Shown: in pieces, positions 46,830 to 55,436 of the stretch | Layout: the number at the start of each line of letters is the position of its first letter | How positions within the stretch are numbered: the first letter of the stretch is position 1 | Assembly: GCA_031411055.1 (NCBI GenBank) | Contig: JANOAI010000229.1 | Location: 2,271-66,270, forward strand | DNA from: Pirellulaceae bacterium | Lineage (GTDB): Bacteria; Planctomycetota; Planctomycetia; Pirellulales; Pirellulaceae | DNA: 64,000 nucleotides | Direction of reading: 5' to 3' | Translations under genes and position numbers: made by a program | Notes under the pieces: generated by a model | The model's input: only the letters and a program-made list of their open reading frames with translations | The model's database searches: none | Told to the model about the DNA's origin: nothing

Positions 46830-48056
46830 CTAACTGGTCGTAACCGGACGCTGTAGTGTTCGGATCGCTACGATCAAGCCAACGAATAAGCATCCGGCCG
46901 CAACAAGAAATGGCAGCCCAGCACCAGCAAAATCAAGTGATGGCTTCTCCCTAAGACCGAACGCAAAGATGCCTGAAAATAAGAAGGGGCCAATGATACC
47001 GGCAATACCACTGAGACTACCGTTTGCCCCTTGCAATTCCCCTTGAACGCTTGGCCCAAGTCGTTTGCTCATCAAGCCTTGAACGGAAGGGGTAAAGAAC
47101 GCCATCAACGAGAAGATCGGGGTGGCGAGCCAAAATTTCCACGATGTATCGGCTAAACCATAGCACGAATAACCGATGATCCCAAACACAAGCCCTGCAA
47201 AGAGCAACTTAGATTCGCCAAGCCGTTTCAACGCCGGTCGCACCAGCCCACCTTGCACTAAGATGTTGAGGATGCCAACGAGGCCCATCGCAAATCCAAC
47301 ATCCCGCATATCCCAATCATAGCGATGCTGCGTATACAGAACAAAAACATTGTTTAACACTTGATGGGCAAGTTGATAAAGAAAGTATACGAACCCCAAA
47401 CCCAACAGCCCGGGCTGCGACATCAAAAGCCGTAGCGAACCCAGCGGATTCGCGCGTCCCCATGAGAATGGCTTGCGAAGTTCCGGCGCTAGGGACTCGG
47501 GCAATACAAATAGTCCATAACATGCGTTCGTTAACGTAAGGGCTGCGGCCACCCAAAAAGGAAGACGCAAATCGATTTCCCCAAGATAGCCCCCCAGTGC
47601 CGGTCCAATGACAAATCCAACACCAAAAGCGGCACCAAACATTCCGAAGGCCGCGGCCCGTTTGTCGGGTGTCGTCACATCTGCAATATAGGCCCCAGCC
47701 GTTGCAAAGCTGGCAGCCGTGATTCCCGAAATGATTCGTCCAATGAAAAGCCAGGTCAGATTTGGCGCCAGGCCCATCAGGATGTAATCGAGCCCCAAAC
47801 CAAAGCACGATACGAGAAGAATTTTTCGACGACCAAATTTATCCGATAAGACTCCAAGAATGGGAGCGCAGAAAAAATGCATGACGGCCCAAACCGTCCC
47901 GAACAATCCGACGTAGAAACTCGCCCATTTCTCGTCGCCGTGCGTAAAATCTTTGATCAGATTCGGTAGAACGGGAATCAAGACACCAAACGAGAGAACG
48001 TCGAGCAAGACCGAGATCAATATAAACCAGATAGCGGCTTGGCGGGGAGGCTTCAA
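46830..48056 (-). CDS. MFS transporter (TCR/Tet-like efflux family)
   Basis: 408 aa with about 12 TM helices. It has the motif-A-like LSDKFGRRKILL. Confidence 0.8.
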   Translation of the reverse strand: MKPPRQAAIWFILISVLLDVLSFGVLIPVLPNLIKDFTHGDEKWASFYVGLFGTVWAVMHFFCAPILGVLSDKFGRRKILLVSCFGLGLDYILMGLAPNLTWLFIGRIISGITAASFATAGAYIADVTTPDKRAAAFGMFGAAFGVGFVIGPALGGYLGEIDLRLPFWVAAALTLTNACYGLFVLPESLAPELRKPFSWGRANPLGSLRLLMSQPGLLGLGFVYFLYQLAHQVLNNVFVLYTQHRYDWDMRDVGFAMGLVGILNILVQGGLVRPALKRLGESKLLFAGLVFGIIGYSCYGLADTSWKFWLATPIFSLMAFFTPSVQGLMSKRLGPSVQGELQGANGSLSGIAGIIGPFLFSGIFAFGLREKPSLDFAGAGLPFLVAAGCLFVGLIVAIRTLQRPVTTS

Positions 48057-48294
48057 TTTAGCTCACGGGGCAGGCGGAAAGGTAACTCTTGATCGCTAAC
48101 ATAACATAGTCTAAGCAGAATCCCAGCGGCACAATGCTTGGCAGAGGTCGCGAGAAAAGCGATCGTTCTCTTTAACGGACACTTCAATCACAAGGGCTGA
48201 TGTCGGCCTCTTTAATGGTGATTGAGCCAGAATCACGCCCCGTATCAGATTAATAGGCCAGTCCTTCGTAACGTCCCTCATTCCCCCAACGTCC

Positions 48295-48430
48295 CGAGGG
48301 GAGCGTCAAAATCAAATGTTCGAGTTATGGGGTCAGGAGTCAATTGCCGGAACGGCCCTTCGGGTGATTTGCACAATTGACTCCTGACCCCATAACCCAA
48401 CCCTAAATCTTAAACTTGACGCTCCACCAG
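48295..48430. repeat. MITE-like long inverted repeat
   Basis: The perfect 22-nt arms are TTATGGGGTCAGGAGTCAATTG (48325-48346) and CAATTGACTCCTGACCCCATAA (48374-48395). Outer matching blocks are GGAGCGTCAA / TTGACGCTCC. The loop has a small CCC-TTCG-GGG hairpin. Confidence 0.6.
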
Positions 48431-48733
48431 GGGACTTGCGGTATTTGAACACATAGAGAGAATTCTTCACAGATCGGTTTCCGGTGGTAAGCGAGAAAGC
48501 GGAGTTATCGCTTGTTACAGTTGTCGCACGGCTAAACGGATCGGGACATAAAAATACACCATTCCAGCTGCATTCATGCTGGACTGATGTTCGATTTGAA
48601 GACGGTACGGACGCGAAGCGTGGTGTCTCAGGAAATGACACCCGAAACAAGATAATTTGAAAAGGCTACGACATACCACGGACGGTCGTCGAATGGGCCA
48701 TTGCTCCATTCTATGGCATAGGAGGTAACGTCG

Positions 48734-49297
48734 ATGGCGGCGGAGCTGCTAGCATTTGAAGATTTAAGAGTTGGCGATGAGTGGGTTAGTGCAACCCACG
48801 AATTGTCGAGTAGCGAGATTCGCGAATTTGCCGACCTTACCGGCGACTTCAATCGAATTCATCTCGACGAAGACTTTGCCAAATCGACGCCATTTGGCAA
48901 GCCGATCGCGCATGGACTTTTAGGCTTGTCGCTAATGGCAGGCCTTAGCACAGTGGCCCCAGCCGTGCGAACCACGGCGTTGCTCTCCGTTCAGGGTTGG
49001 CGATTCCGAAAACCCGTCTTTGTGGGGGACATCGTCCGCGTGGTGACGCAGGTTGCCGAGATTCGCGAGCACGGACGGCGTCATGGTGAAGTACACTGGT
49101 ATCAGCGTCTTGTGAACCAACACGATGAAGTGGTGCAAGATGGCATGTTGACTACGCTTGTAGAACGCCGTGTTAAAATTGCGGCTCGTCCGAGAGACTT
49201 GGTTCGAATCGATCCGGCGTCGAGTAAATTGTCGCCCCATGTCGAAGAATCGAGTTCCTCGAAAGCGAATTCGAGTACCGCGTCTCAAACTCCTTGA
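48734..49297 (+). CDS. MaoC-like (R)-specific enoyl-CoA hydratase/dehydratase domain protein
   Basis: FADLTGDFNRIHLDEDFAKSTPFGKPIAHGLLGLSLMAGL (hot-dog fold motif). Confidence 0.8.
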   Translation: MAAELLAFEDLRVGDEWVSATHELSSSEIREFADLTGDFNRIHLDEDFAKSTPFGKPIAHGLLGLSLMAGLSTVAPAVRTTALLSVQGWRFRKPVFVGDIVRVVTQVAEIREHGRRHGEVHWYQRLVNQHDEVVQDGMLTTLVERRVKIAARPRDLVRIDPASSKLSPHVEESSSSKANSSTASQTP

Positions 49298-51042
49298 TGA
49301 ATCCATCGCTTGAAGAACTGCAACAACTGGTTGACGTCGCAATGCAGCGACGACCGGGGACGGTGCTTTTCAAGAACGCGAAAGTCATCAACGTCTTCAC
49401 CCTCGAAGTCCAGGCAACGCATGTGCTTTTGGCGGGGCGTTGGATTGCGGCGGTCGGGACTTTTTTGGATCAGGCTCAAGCCGATCAAACGATTGATCTC
49501 GATGGTGCGTATCTCGCCCCCGGTTTGATCGATGCACATCTTCACATCGAGTCGTCACTGGTTGTTCCAGCTGAATACGCGCGAGCGGTTGTACCACGCG
49601 GCGTGACCGGGATCGTGGCGGATCCGCATGAAGTTGCCAACGTTGCAGGCGTACCTGCTATCGAATGGATGCTGAAGGCCAGCGAAAATCTGCCGCTGGA
49701 GGTTTGGTTTACCGTTTCGAGTTCGGTACCATCAACCGATCTTGAAACCAGCGGCGCAAAGCTAGACCTGAAAACAATCGAGTTGCTTTTGCAGCACCCT
49801 CGAATCGTAGGTGTGGCGGAATTGATGAGCGTCCCTGGCTTTCTCAACGCAAGTCGCGAAGAGCTCTCCAAAGTTTGCTTGGCAGAGAAGGCCGGTAAAT
49901 TGCCCGATGGGCATGCACCGGGTGTTATGCATCGCGAGCTTCAAGCTTATCTTGCAGCGGGGGTCGCGTCGGATCATGAAAGCACAACCCTCGCTGAAGG
50001 TCTTGAGAAGTTAGCATCCGGTTGTTTTCTCATGATTCGCGAAGGCTCGGCCACACGAAACTTAGAAGCGTTGATCTCCCTAGTCGATTCTCGCTATGGT
50101 GACCGCGTCGGCTTGGTGACCGACGATCGCTTACCACATGATCTGATTACCGAGGGAGGGGTCGATTTCTTGGTCCGCAAAGCCATCTCGCTGGGCGCCG
50201 ATCCGTTCTATACCATTCGAGCTGCAAGTTACAACAATGCTCGTTACTTTAAACTCAATCGACGCGGAGCCATTGCTCCTGGCTATCAAGCCGATCTGGT
50301 TATTCTCGACGACCTCCCTACGTTCAAAGCGAGGCAAGTTTACCAACAGGGAAAATGCGTCGCAGAAAAGGGTCGACTCATTGTCAGCCTCACGCGAGCC
50401 GAAGTCAGCCCCGCTATCTTAGGCTCGACCAAGCTACCCAAGCTAATTCCGGATGATCTTCGGCTTGTTCACTCGTCGGATCGCGTCCGTGTCATCCAGG
50501 CGATTCCGAATCAAATCTTGACCAAAGAAGTGATTGAACGACCAACGGTTGCGAATGGCGAAGTTATAAGCGATCCCTCGCGAGATTTGCTTAAATTGGT
50601 TTGCATTGAACGCCACGGGAATCATGGTCAATGCGGCGTTGGATTAGTTCAAGGTTTTGGCCTTCAACGAGGCGCGATCGCTGGTACGATCGCGCATGAT
50701 CATCACAACTGCATGGCGGTGGGATCATCCGATGCCGATATAATTTTTGCAGTCGAACGGGTCGGTCAGCTCGGCGGCGGCATGGTCGCGGTGGAAAATC
50801 AAAAGGTCATCGCGGAATTGGCGCTCCCGTTGGCTGGTCTCTTGTCGGATCTTCCACTCGAAGAAGTCTGTCTTGCCATGGATCGACTCAATGCATCGGT
50901 CGAAGGATTGGGCTGTCGGTTCCCGGCTCCATTCATGGCTTTGTCGTTTTTAGGCCTGGCAGTCATACCCGAGTTACGATTGACGGATCATGGCCTCGTG
51001 AATGTCGTGAAAAATTCGCTCGTTCCATTTGCCGTCGGTTGA
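49297..51042 (+). CDS. ade: adenine deaminase
   Basis: LAPGLIDAHLHIESSLVVPAEYARAVVPRGVTGIVADPHEVANVAG aligns closely by eye to Bacillus AdeC. About 581 aa. The ATG overlaps the MaoC stop (TGATG). Confidence 0.9.
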   Translation: MNPSLEELQQLVDVAMQRRPGTVLFKNAKVINVFTLEVQATHVLLAGRWIAAVGTFLDQAQADQTIDLDGAYLAPGLIDAHLHIESSLVVPAEYARAVVPRGVTGIVADPHEVANVAGVPAIEWMLKASENLPLEVWFTVSSSVPSTDLETSGAKLDLKTIELLLQHPRIVGVAELMSVPGFLNASREELSKVCLAEKAGKLPDGHAPGVMHRELQAYLAAGVASDHESTTLAEGLEKLASGCFLMIREGSATRNLEALISLVDSRYGDRVGLVTDDRLPHDLITEGGVDFLVRKAISLGADPFYTIRAASYNNARYFKLNRRGAIAPGYQADLVILDDLPTFKARQVYQQGKCVAEKGRLIVSLTRAEVSPAILGSTKLPKLIPDDLRLVHSSDRVRVIQAIPNQILTKEVIERPTVANGEVISDPSRDLLKLVCIERHGNHGQCGVGLVQGFGLQRGAIAGTIAHDHHNCMAVGSSDADIIFAVERVGQLGGGMVAVENQKVIAELALPLAGLLSDLPLEEVCLAMDRLNASVEGLGCRFPAPFMALSFLGLAVIPELRLTDHGLVNVVKNSLVPFAVG

Positions 51043-51055
51043 GCCCATCGTAACG

Positions 51056-51670
51056 ATGATTCTCTTGCTCGATAACTTTGATAGTTTTGTCTACAACCTG
51101 GATCGTTACGTTCTGCAGTTTGGTCAGAAGACGCTTGTCGTTCGATCGGACGCCATTTCTGTCGATGCGATTGAGCGACTCGAAGTCCAAGGAATCATTA
51201 TTTCGCCTGGACCAAGGACACCCGATGAAGCCGGTTGTTCGCTCGAAGTGGTCCGTAGGCTAGGTGGAAAGGTCCCCATCTTAGGTGTTTGCCTCGGACA
51301 TCAAACGATCGGCCAAGCCATGGGCGGTCGCGTGGTGCGCGCTCCGCGTCCCATCCATGGACAATCGAGCTCGATCTTTCATCGTGATAGCCGTTTATTG
51401 CAAGGGCTCCCCTCGCCTTTCGAGGCTGGGCGGTATCATTCATTGATTGTCGAGGAAACAAGCCTTCCTGCTTGCCTTCTCAAAACTGCCTGGACCGACG
51501 ACGGATTGATTATGGGATTTGAACATCGTGAATGGAATCTGATGGGAGTCCAATTCCATCCCGAATCGATCTTGACGAAAGATGGGCATACGATCGTCGC
51601 AAACTTTCTTCGTGTATGCGGAGTCGAAATCGCGAAGTCCGAGTGTCCGTCCGATTTCGCAAGTAGGTAG
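51056..51670 (+). CDS. glutamine amidotransferase, PabA/TrpG type (aminodeoxychorismate or anthranilate synthase component II)
   Basis: MILLLDNFDSFVYNL, GIIISPGPRTP, GVCLGHQ (catalytic Cys) and VQFHPES. Confidence 0.85.
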   Translation: MILLLDNFDSFVYNLDRYVLQFGQKTLVVRSDAISVDAIERLEVQGIIISPGPRTPDEAGCSLEVVRRLGGKVPILGVCLGHQTIGQAMGGRVVRAPRPIHGQSSSIFHRDSRLLQGLPSPFEAGRYHSLIVEETSLPACLLKTAWTDDGLIMGFEHREWNLMGVQFHPESILTKDGHTIVANFLRVCGVEIAKSECPSDFASR

Positions 51671-51674
51671 TTCT

Positions 51675-52250
51675 ATGACCCGCAGTCCGGATGAACTCAT
51701 TCTTGAAGCGATAGTCACAACCGAGTCGGAGGACGGTTCGATGCACGTCGCACCGATGGGACCGCAAGTCTCGCAATCGATGGATCGATGGCTGTTAAAA
51801 CCCTTCCAGACATCGACGACCTTTCGCAACCTGCAGCGTACCAACCGCTGTGTTGTGCATGTAGTCGATGACGCATTGGTCATCGCGCAAGCGGTACTCG
51901 GAAATGCCAATTCTTATCCTGCGAATTCGATTCCAGGGACTGGTTTTGTGCTCGACAATGCATGCCATTGGTTTGCGTTGACGGTGACCGAATGGGATGT
52001 CAGCCATCCACGTGCGCTGGCGACCTGCCAGGTCGTCGAAAAACAGGTTGGCCGGCCATTCTTCGGATGGAATCGTGCGAAACACGCGATTGTGGAACTG
52101 GCCATTCTCGCAAGTCGAGTTGGTATGCTGGATCCATCCATGATGCAGAACGAAATAGATCGGCTTAAAATAATGATTGAGAAAACCGGGAGCCATCGAG
52201 AGTTTGAGGCGTTCGAACTTCTAAGCCATTATATTCGATCGGAGTCCTAA
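51675..52250 (+). CDS. DUF447-like protein (family linked to H4MPT biosynthesis clusters)
   Basis: ILEAIVTTESEDGSMHVAPMGP resembles the DUF447 opening as I recall it. ATG 51675 lies 4 nt after the pabA-like stop, and the gene sits immediately upstream of the beta-RFAP synthase-like gene. Confidence 0.45.
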   Translation: MTRSPDELILEAIVTTESEDGSMHVAPMGPQVSQSMDRWLLKPFQTSTTFRNLQRTNRCVVHVVDDALVIAQAVLGNANSYPANSIPGTGFVLDNACHWFALTVTEWDVSHPRALATCQVVEKQVGRPFFGWNRAKHAIVELAILASRVGMLDPSMMQNEIDRLKIMIEKTGSHREFEAFELLSHYIRSES

Positions 52251-52252
52251 GA

Positions 52253-53359
52253 TTGCCCTCAACGGATGAAAGCTCGAACAAACTACCGCAACGCTGGATC
52301 GTTGCTTGTCCCGCCCGACTGCACTTTGGTTTGTTGGAAATTTGTCCGGGACAGCCGAACCTCTACGGTGGGCTCGGCGTCGCAATCGATGAACCCCAAA
52401 CCGTAGCGACGCTTGACGTCGTCGGCCCACAGGCGAAGTCTACGTTGGAGATTGAATGCAACGATGATTTGCGACCGGGAATCGAGTCGATTGTTCATCG
52501 TGCATGGAAGGACGTTGGTAGCGACGATCTTTTACGCCGTTGCACCTTCCATTTACGAATCGTCGAACATCCGAAGCGCCACAACGGTGTCGGGAGTGGA
52601 ACTCAATTGGCTTGTGCCGTGGCTTCGCTGATGCGCGCCGCGATCAAACAAGCAACCATGAACGGCCCCTTTGCGCTCGCTGCGCTTTGGAACACCGATG
52701 ATCACCTGCAGTCCTCTGGCGAAAGTAAATCGCTTGAATATTTGGCTCAAGCGTCCGGCCGCGGCCTGCGATCCTACGTTGGTTTAGCGGCCCATCTCCA
52801 CGGCGGTTTGATTGTCGACCACGGCATTCAATCAAACCATCACGCGACGCGTGTAACGGAACGGTTCGCAGTTCCAGAAGACTGGCCAGTTCTACTCATT
52901 GACCCCAAAGAGGGTGAACGGATTAGTGGTACTCGCGAATCATCGCTTTTTGCGCAATGCTCGCAACCCAATCCCAGCCGTGCACGAATGCAAATGCTTG
53001 CAACGACTGAAATTGCGACCGCCGCTCAAGCTCGCGATTTCCCTCGTTTTGCATCGGCCTTGTTTGAGTATGGTTGTTTGGGTGGCGAAATCTTTCAAGC
53101 CGCACAGGGAGGCATTTATCGAGATGACAAGGTTGGGAATTTAGTTTCTCTCTTGCGCTCGCAGGGCGCGCAAGCCGTCGGTCAAACGAGCTGGGGGCCA
53201 ACCGTTTTTTGTATCGTCGAGCATCACGATACCGCCATGAGGCTCGTTCACGAGCTTGCCAAATATCCAGATTCAAAGTTTGAGGTTCGCGTGACGCGGA
53301 TGACAAACCACTCGGCCAAATTGACTTGTGATGCCCGCGGTGATCTCCCCACTTTCTAA
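52253..53359 (+). CDS. mptG: beta-ribofuranosylaminobenzene 5'-phosphate synthase-like (GHMP kinase fold)
   Basis: CPARLHFGLLEICPGQPNLYGGLGVAIDEP matches the RLH.G..D..G...R..GG.G motif of MptG as I recall it. It also has GVGSGTQLA (GHMP motif). TTG start 2 nt after the upstream stop. Confidence 0.6.
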   Translation: MPSTDESSNKLPQRWIVACPARLHFGLLEICPGQPNLYGGLGVAIDEPQTVATLDVVGPQAKSTLEIECNDDLRPGIESIVHRAWKDVGSDDLLRRCTFHLRIVEHPKRHNGVGSGTQLACAVASLMRAAIKQATMNGPFALAALWNTDDHLQSSGESKSLEYLAQASGRGLRSYVGLAAHLHGGLIVDHGIQSNHHATRVTERFAVPEDWPVLLIDPKEGERISGTRESSLFAQCSQPNPSRARMQMLATTEIATAAQARDFPRFASALFEYGCLGGEIFQAAQGGIYRDDKVGNLVSLLRSQGAQAVGQTSWGPTVFCIVEHHDTAMRLVHELAKYPDSKFEVRVTRMTNHSAKLTCDARGDLPTF

Positions 53360-53606
53360 GAGGTCGTGCAGCTTACGCGTTACCTCTCCCACGTCTTCGT
53401 GGGATTAGGGGCCCCGACGCCCATCGAAGACTCTGGTCTTATGACCGGCAAGGGTGGCGTGCACGCACACCGGACTAAACGGCGTAAGGAACCTTATTCG
53501 GTATGCTATTCGGTACGCTCGAATAGGCGTGCCTGGACGGGGGGGTGGGGAGCGGATAGGCTAGCGAGTTTACAACTCGCCCCCTCAGCCAATTGAAAAC
53601 GGACCC

Positions 53607-55013
53607 ATGAACGCCGACCACTTCGACACGATCATCATCGGTGCCGGTATGTCGGGCTTGGCCGCTGGAATTCGATTAGCCCACTACGATCAACGAGTTT
53701 GCATTCTCGAACGCCACTACACGATTGGCGGGCTGAATTCGTTTTATCGCCTCAACGGGAGAAACTACGACGTCGGGCTCCATGCCATGACAAACTACAC
53801 CGAGAAAGGAGCAAAGAAAGGCCCCCTGGCTCGATTGCTCAAGCAACTCCGGTTCCGATGGGAGGATTTTCAACTAGCGCCGCAGGCCGGTTCGGCGGTC
53901 GCCTTCCCGGGTGTATCACTCAATTTCAATAACGATATTGAACTTCTCAAGTCCGAAATTGCCGCAAAATTCCCGCAGCAGATCGATGGCTTTAATCGTC
54001 TGCTGAGCCGTCTCCTTGAATATGATGATTTAAGGCAGGAGGATTTTGATATTTCAACGCGGCAAGTCCTAGCCGAAACGTTGAGCGATCCCCTGCTGAT
54101 CGAAATGTTGCTCTGCCCGCTGATGTGGTACGGCAATGCTCGCGAACATGATATGGACTGGGGACAATTCTGTATCATGTTCCGCAGTATTTTTCTCGAG
54201 GGTTTCGCCAGGCCATTTCGTGGCGTGCGCTTGATACTGAAAAACCTCGTTCGGCGATTCCGAGAAGTAGGTGGCCAGCTTTTGCTCCGAAGTGGCGTTG
54301 AGCGAATCGAAGTGGAAGGGACTCAAGCAATTGGGGTCACACTTGAAAATGGGCGTCAGTTGACTGCCAAACGCATCCTATCGAGTGCTGGCGTGGTGGA
54401 AACACTGCGGATGTGCAGTGATCAATCGATTGTCGAGACCGAACGGGCAGGGCAACTCACTTTCATCGAAACCATATCGGTTCTTGATTGCCAACCGGCA
54501 AAAATTGGTTTTGATAAAACGATCGTCTTCTTTAATGACTCGCCGACGTTTCACTGGACGCCACCCGAATTCGATCTTTGCGATATTCGAACCGGAGTTC
54601 TCTGTTCACCCAACAACTATTTGTATGGCGCGGATGAGGGAGAGCTTGAAGCGGGCTTTATTCGACAGACGTCGATCGCACATTTTGACCGTTGGCAGTC
54701 GCTCGACGAAAAGCAGTACGCCCGGGCCAAACTAAAATGGTACGACGCCGGAGTAGCAGCGGCCGTCCGGTTTGTTCCCGACTTTCGTCGCCACGTTATC
54801 GATACCGATGTCTTTACTCCGAAGACGATTCGTCGTTTTACTTCGCACGACAACGGAGCCGTTTACGGCGCCCCGAAGAAACGCCTCGACGGAACAACGC
54901 ACCTGAAAAATCTATTCCTGTGCGGCACCGATCAAGGCTTCGTCGGCATTGTGGGAGCCATTGTCAGCGGAATTTCGATGGCCAACCAGCATTGCCTCCG
55001 TACCGAACTTTAA
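53607..55013 (+). CDS. NAD(P)/FAD-dependent oxidoreductase (phytoene-desaturase/CrtI-like family)
   Basis: FDTIIIGAGMSGLAAGIRLA (GxGxxG) and ILERHYTIGG. 468 aa. Confidence 0.75.
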   Translation: MNADHFDTIIIGAGMSGLAAGIRLAHYDQRVCILERHYTIGGLNSFYRLNGRNYDVGLHAMTNYTEKGAKKGPLARLLKQLRFRWEDFQLAPQAGSAVAFPGVSLNFNNDIELLKSEIAAKFPQQIDGFNRLLSRLLEYDDLRQEDFDISTRQVLAETLSDPLLIEMLLCPLMWYGNAREHDMDWGQFCIMFRSIFLEGFARPFRGVRLILKNLVRRFREVGGQLLLRSGVERIEVEGTQAIGVTLENGRQLTAKRILSSAGVVETLRMCSDQSIVETERAGQLTFIETISVLDCQPAKIGFDKTIVFFNDSPTFHWTPPEFDLCDIRTGVLCSPNNYLYGADEGELEAGFIRQTSIAHFDRWQSLDEKQYARAKLKWYDAGVAAAVRFVPDFRRHVIDTDVFTPKTIRRFTSHDNGAVYGAPKKRLDGTTHLKNLFLCGTDQGFVGIVGAIVSGISMANQHCLRTEL

Positions 55014-55436
55014 AGGCGTCCCCACATCGGTACCGAACATGAGGGGTCTCCGCCCTTCTTCGTTGTCCCGAGATCGAGCCATTCGGTCGAATTGAGCTTC
55101 GCCTTTAGCCGAATCCTTCTCTTTGGGAGCCACTCCTTCCCTTTTAGGGTTTCGCCCATAACTCCCACCGACCGGAAAGTTAGGAAAACCGCAATTTCTT
55201 CGAATTCAGCGAAACATTATGATTGCAGGCATTGAATGACTCGCCTCTAGACATTAATGTAACCGATAAGCTCTTTAGCTGCGCCGTAAGGTTTGTCTCG
55301 CGTATATTGCGCATTTCTGGCAAATTTCACAATTCGTGAGGACACGGTGCGGAACGAACCGCTTATCTCGTACGCGATGTCTTAGAAACTAGTTCAATTT
55401 AGTACTTCATACTTTTCAATTCTTCAGGAGGTTTCG

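Noticed and set aside
53366-53596. 76-aa ORF between mptG and the FAD oxidoreductase.
   Set aside because: It has a GTG start with no SD and covers small hairpins (CCCACG-tctt-CGTGGG, CTATTCG...CGAATAG). No motifs are present.
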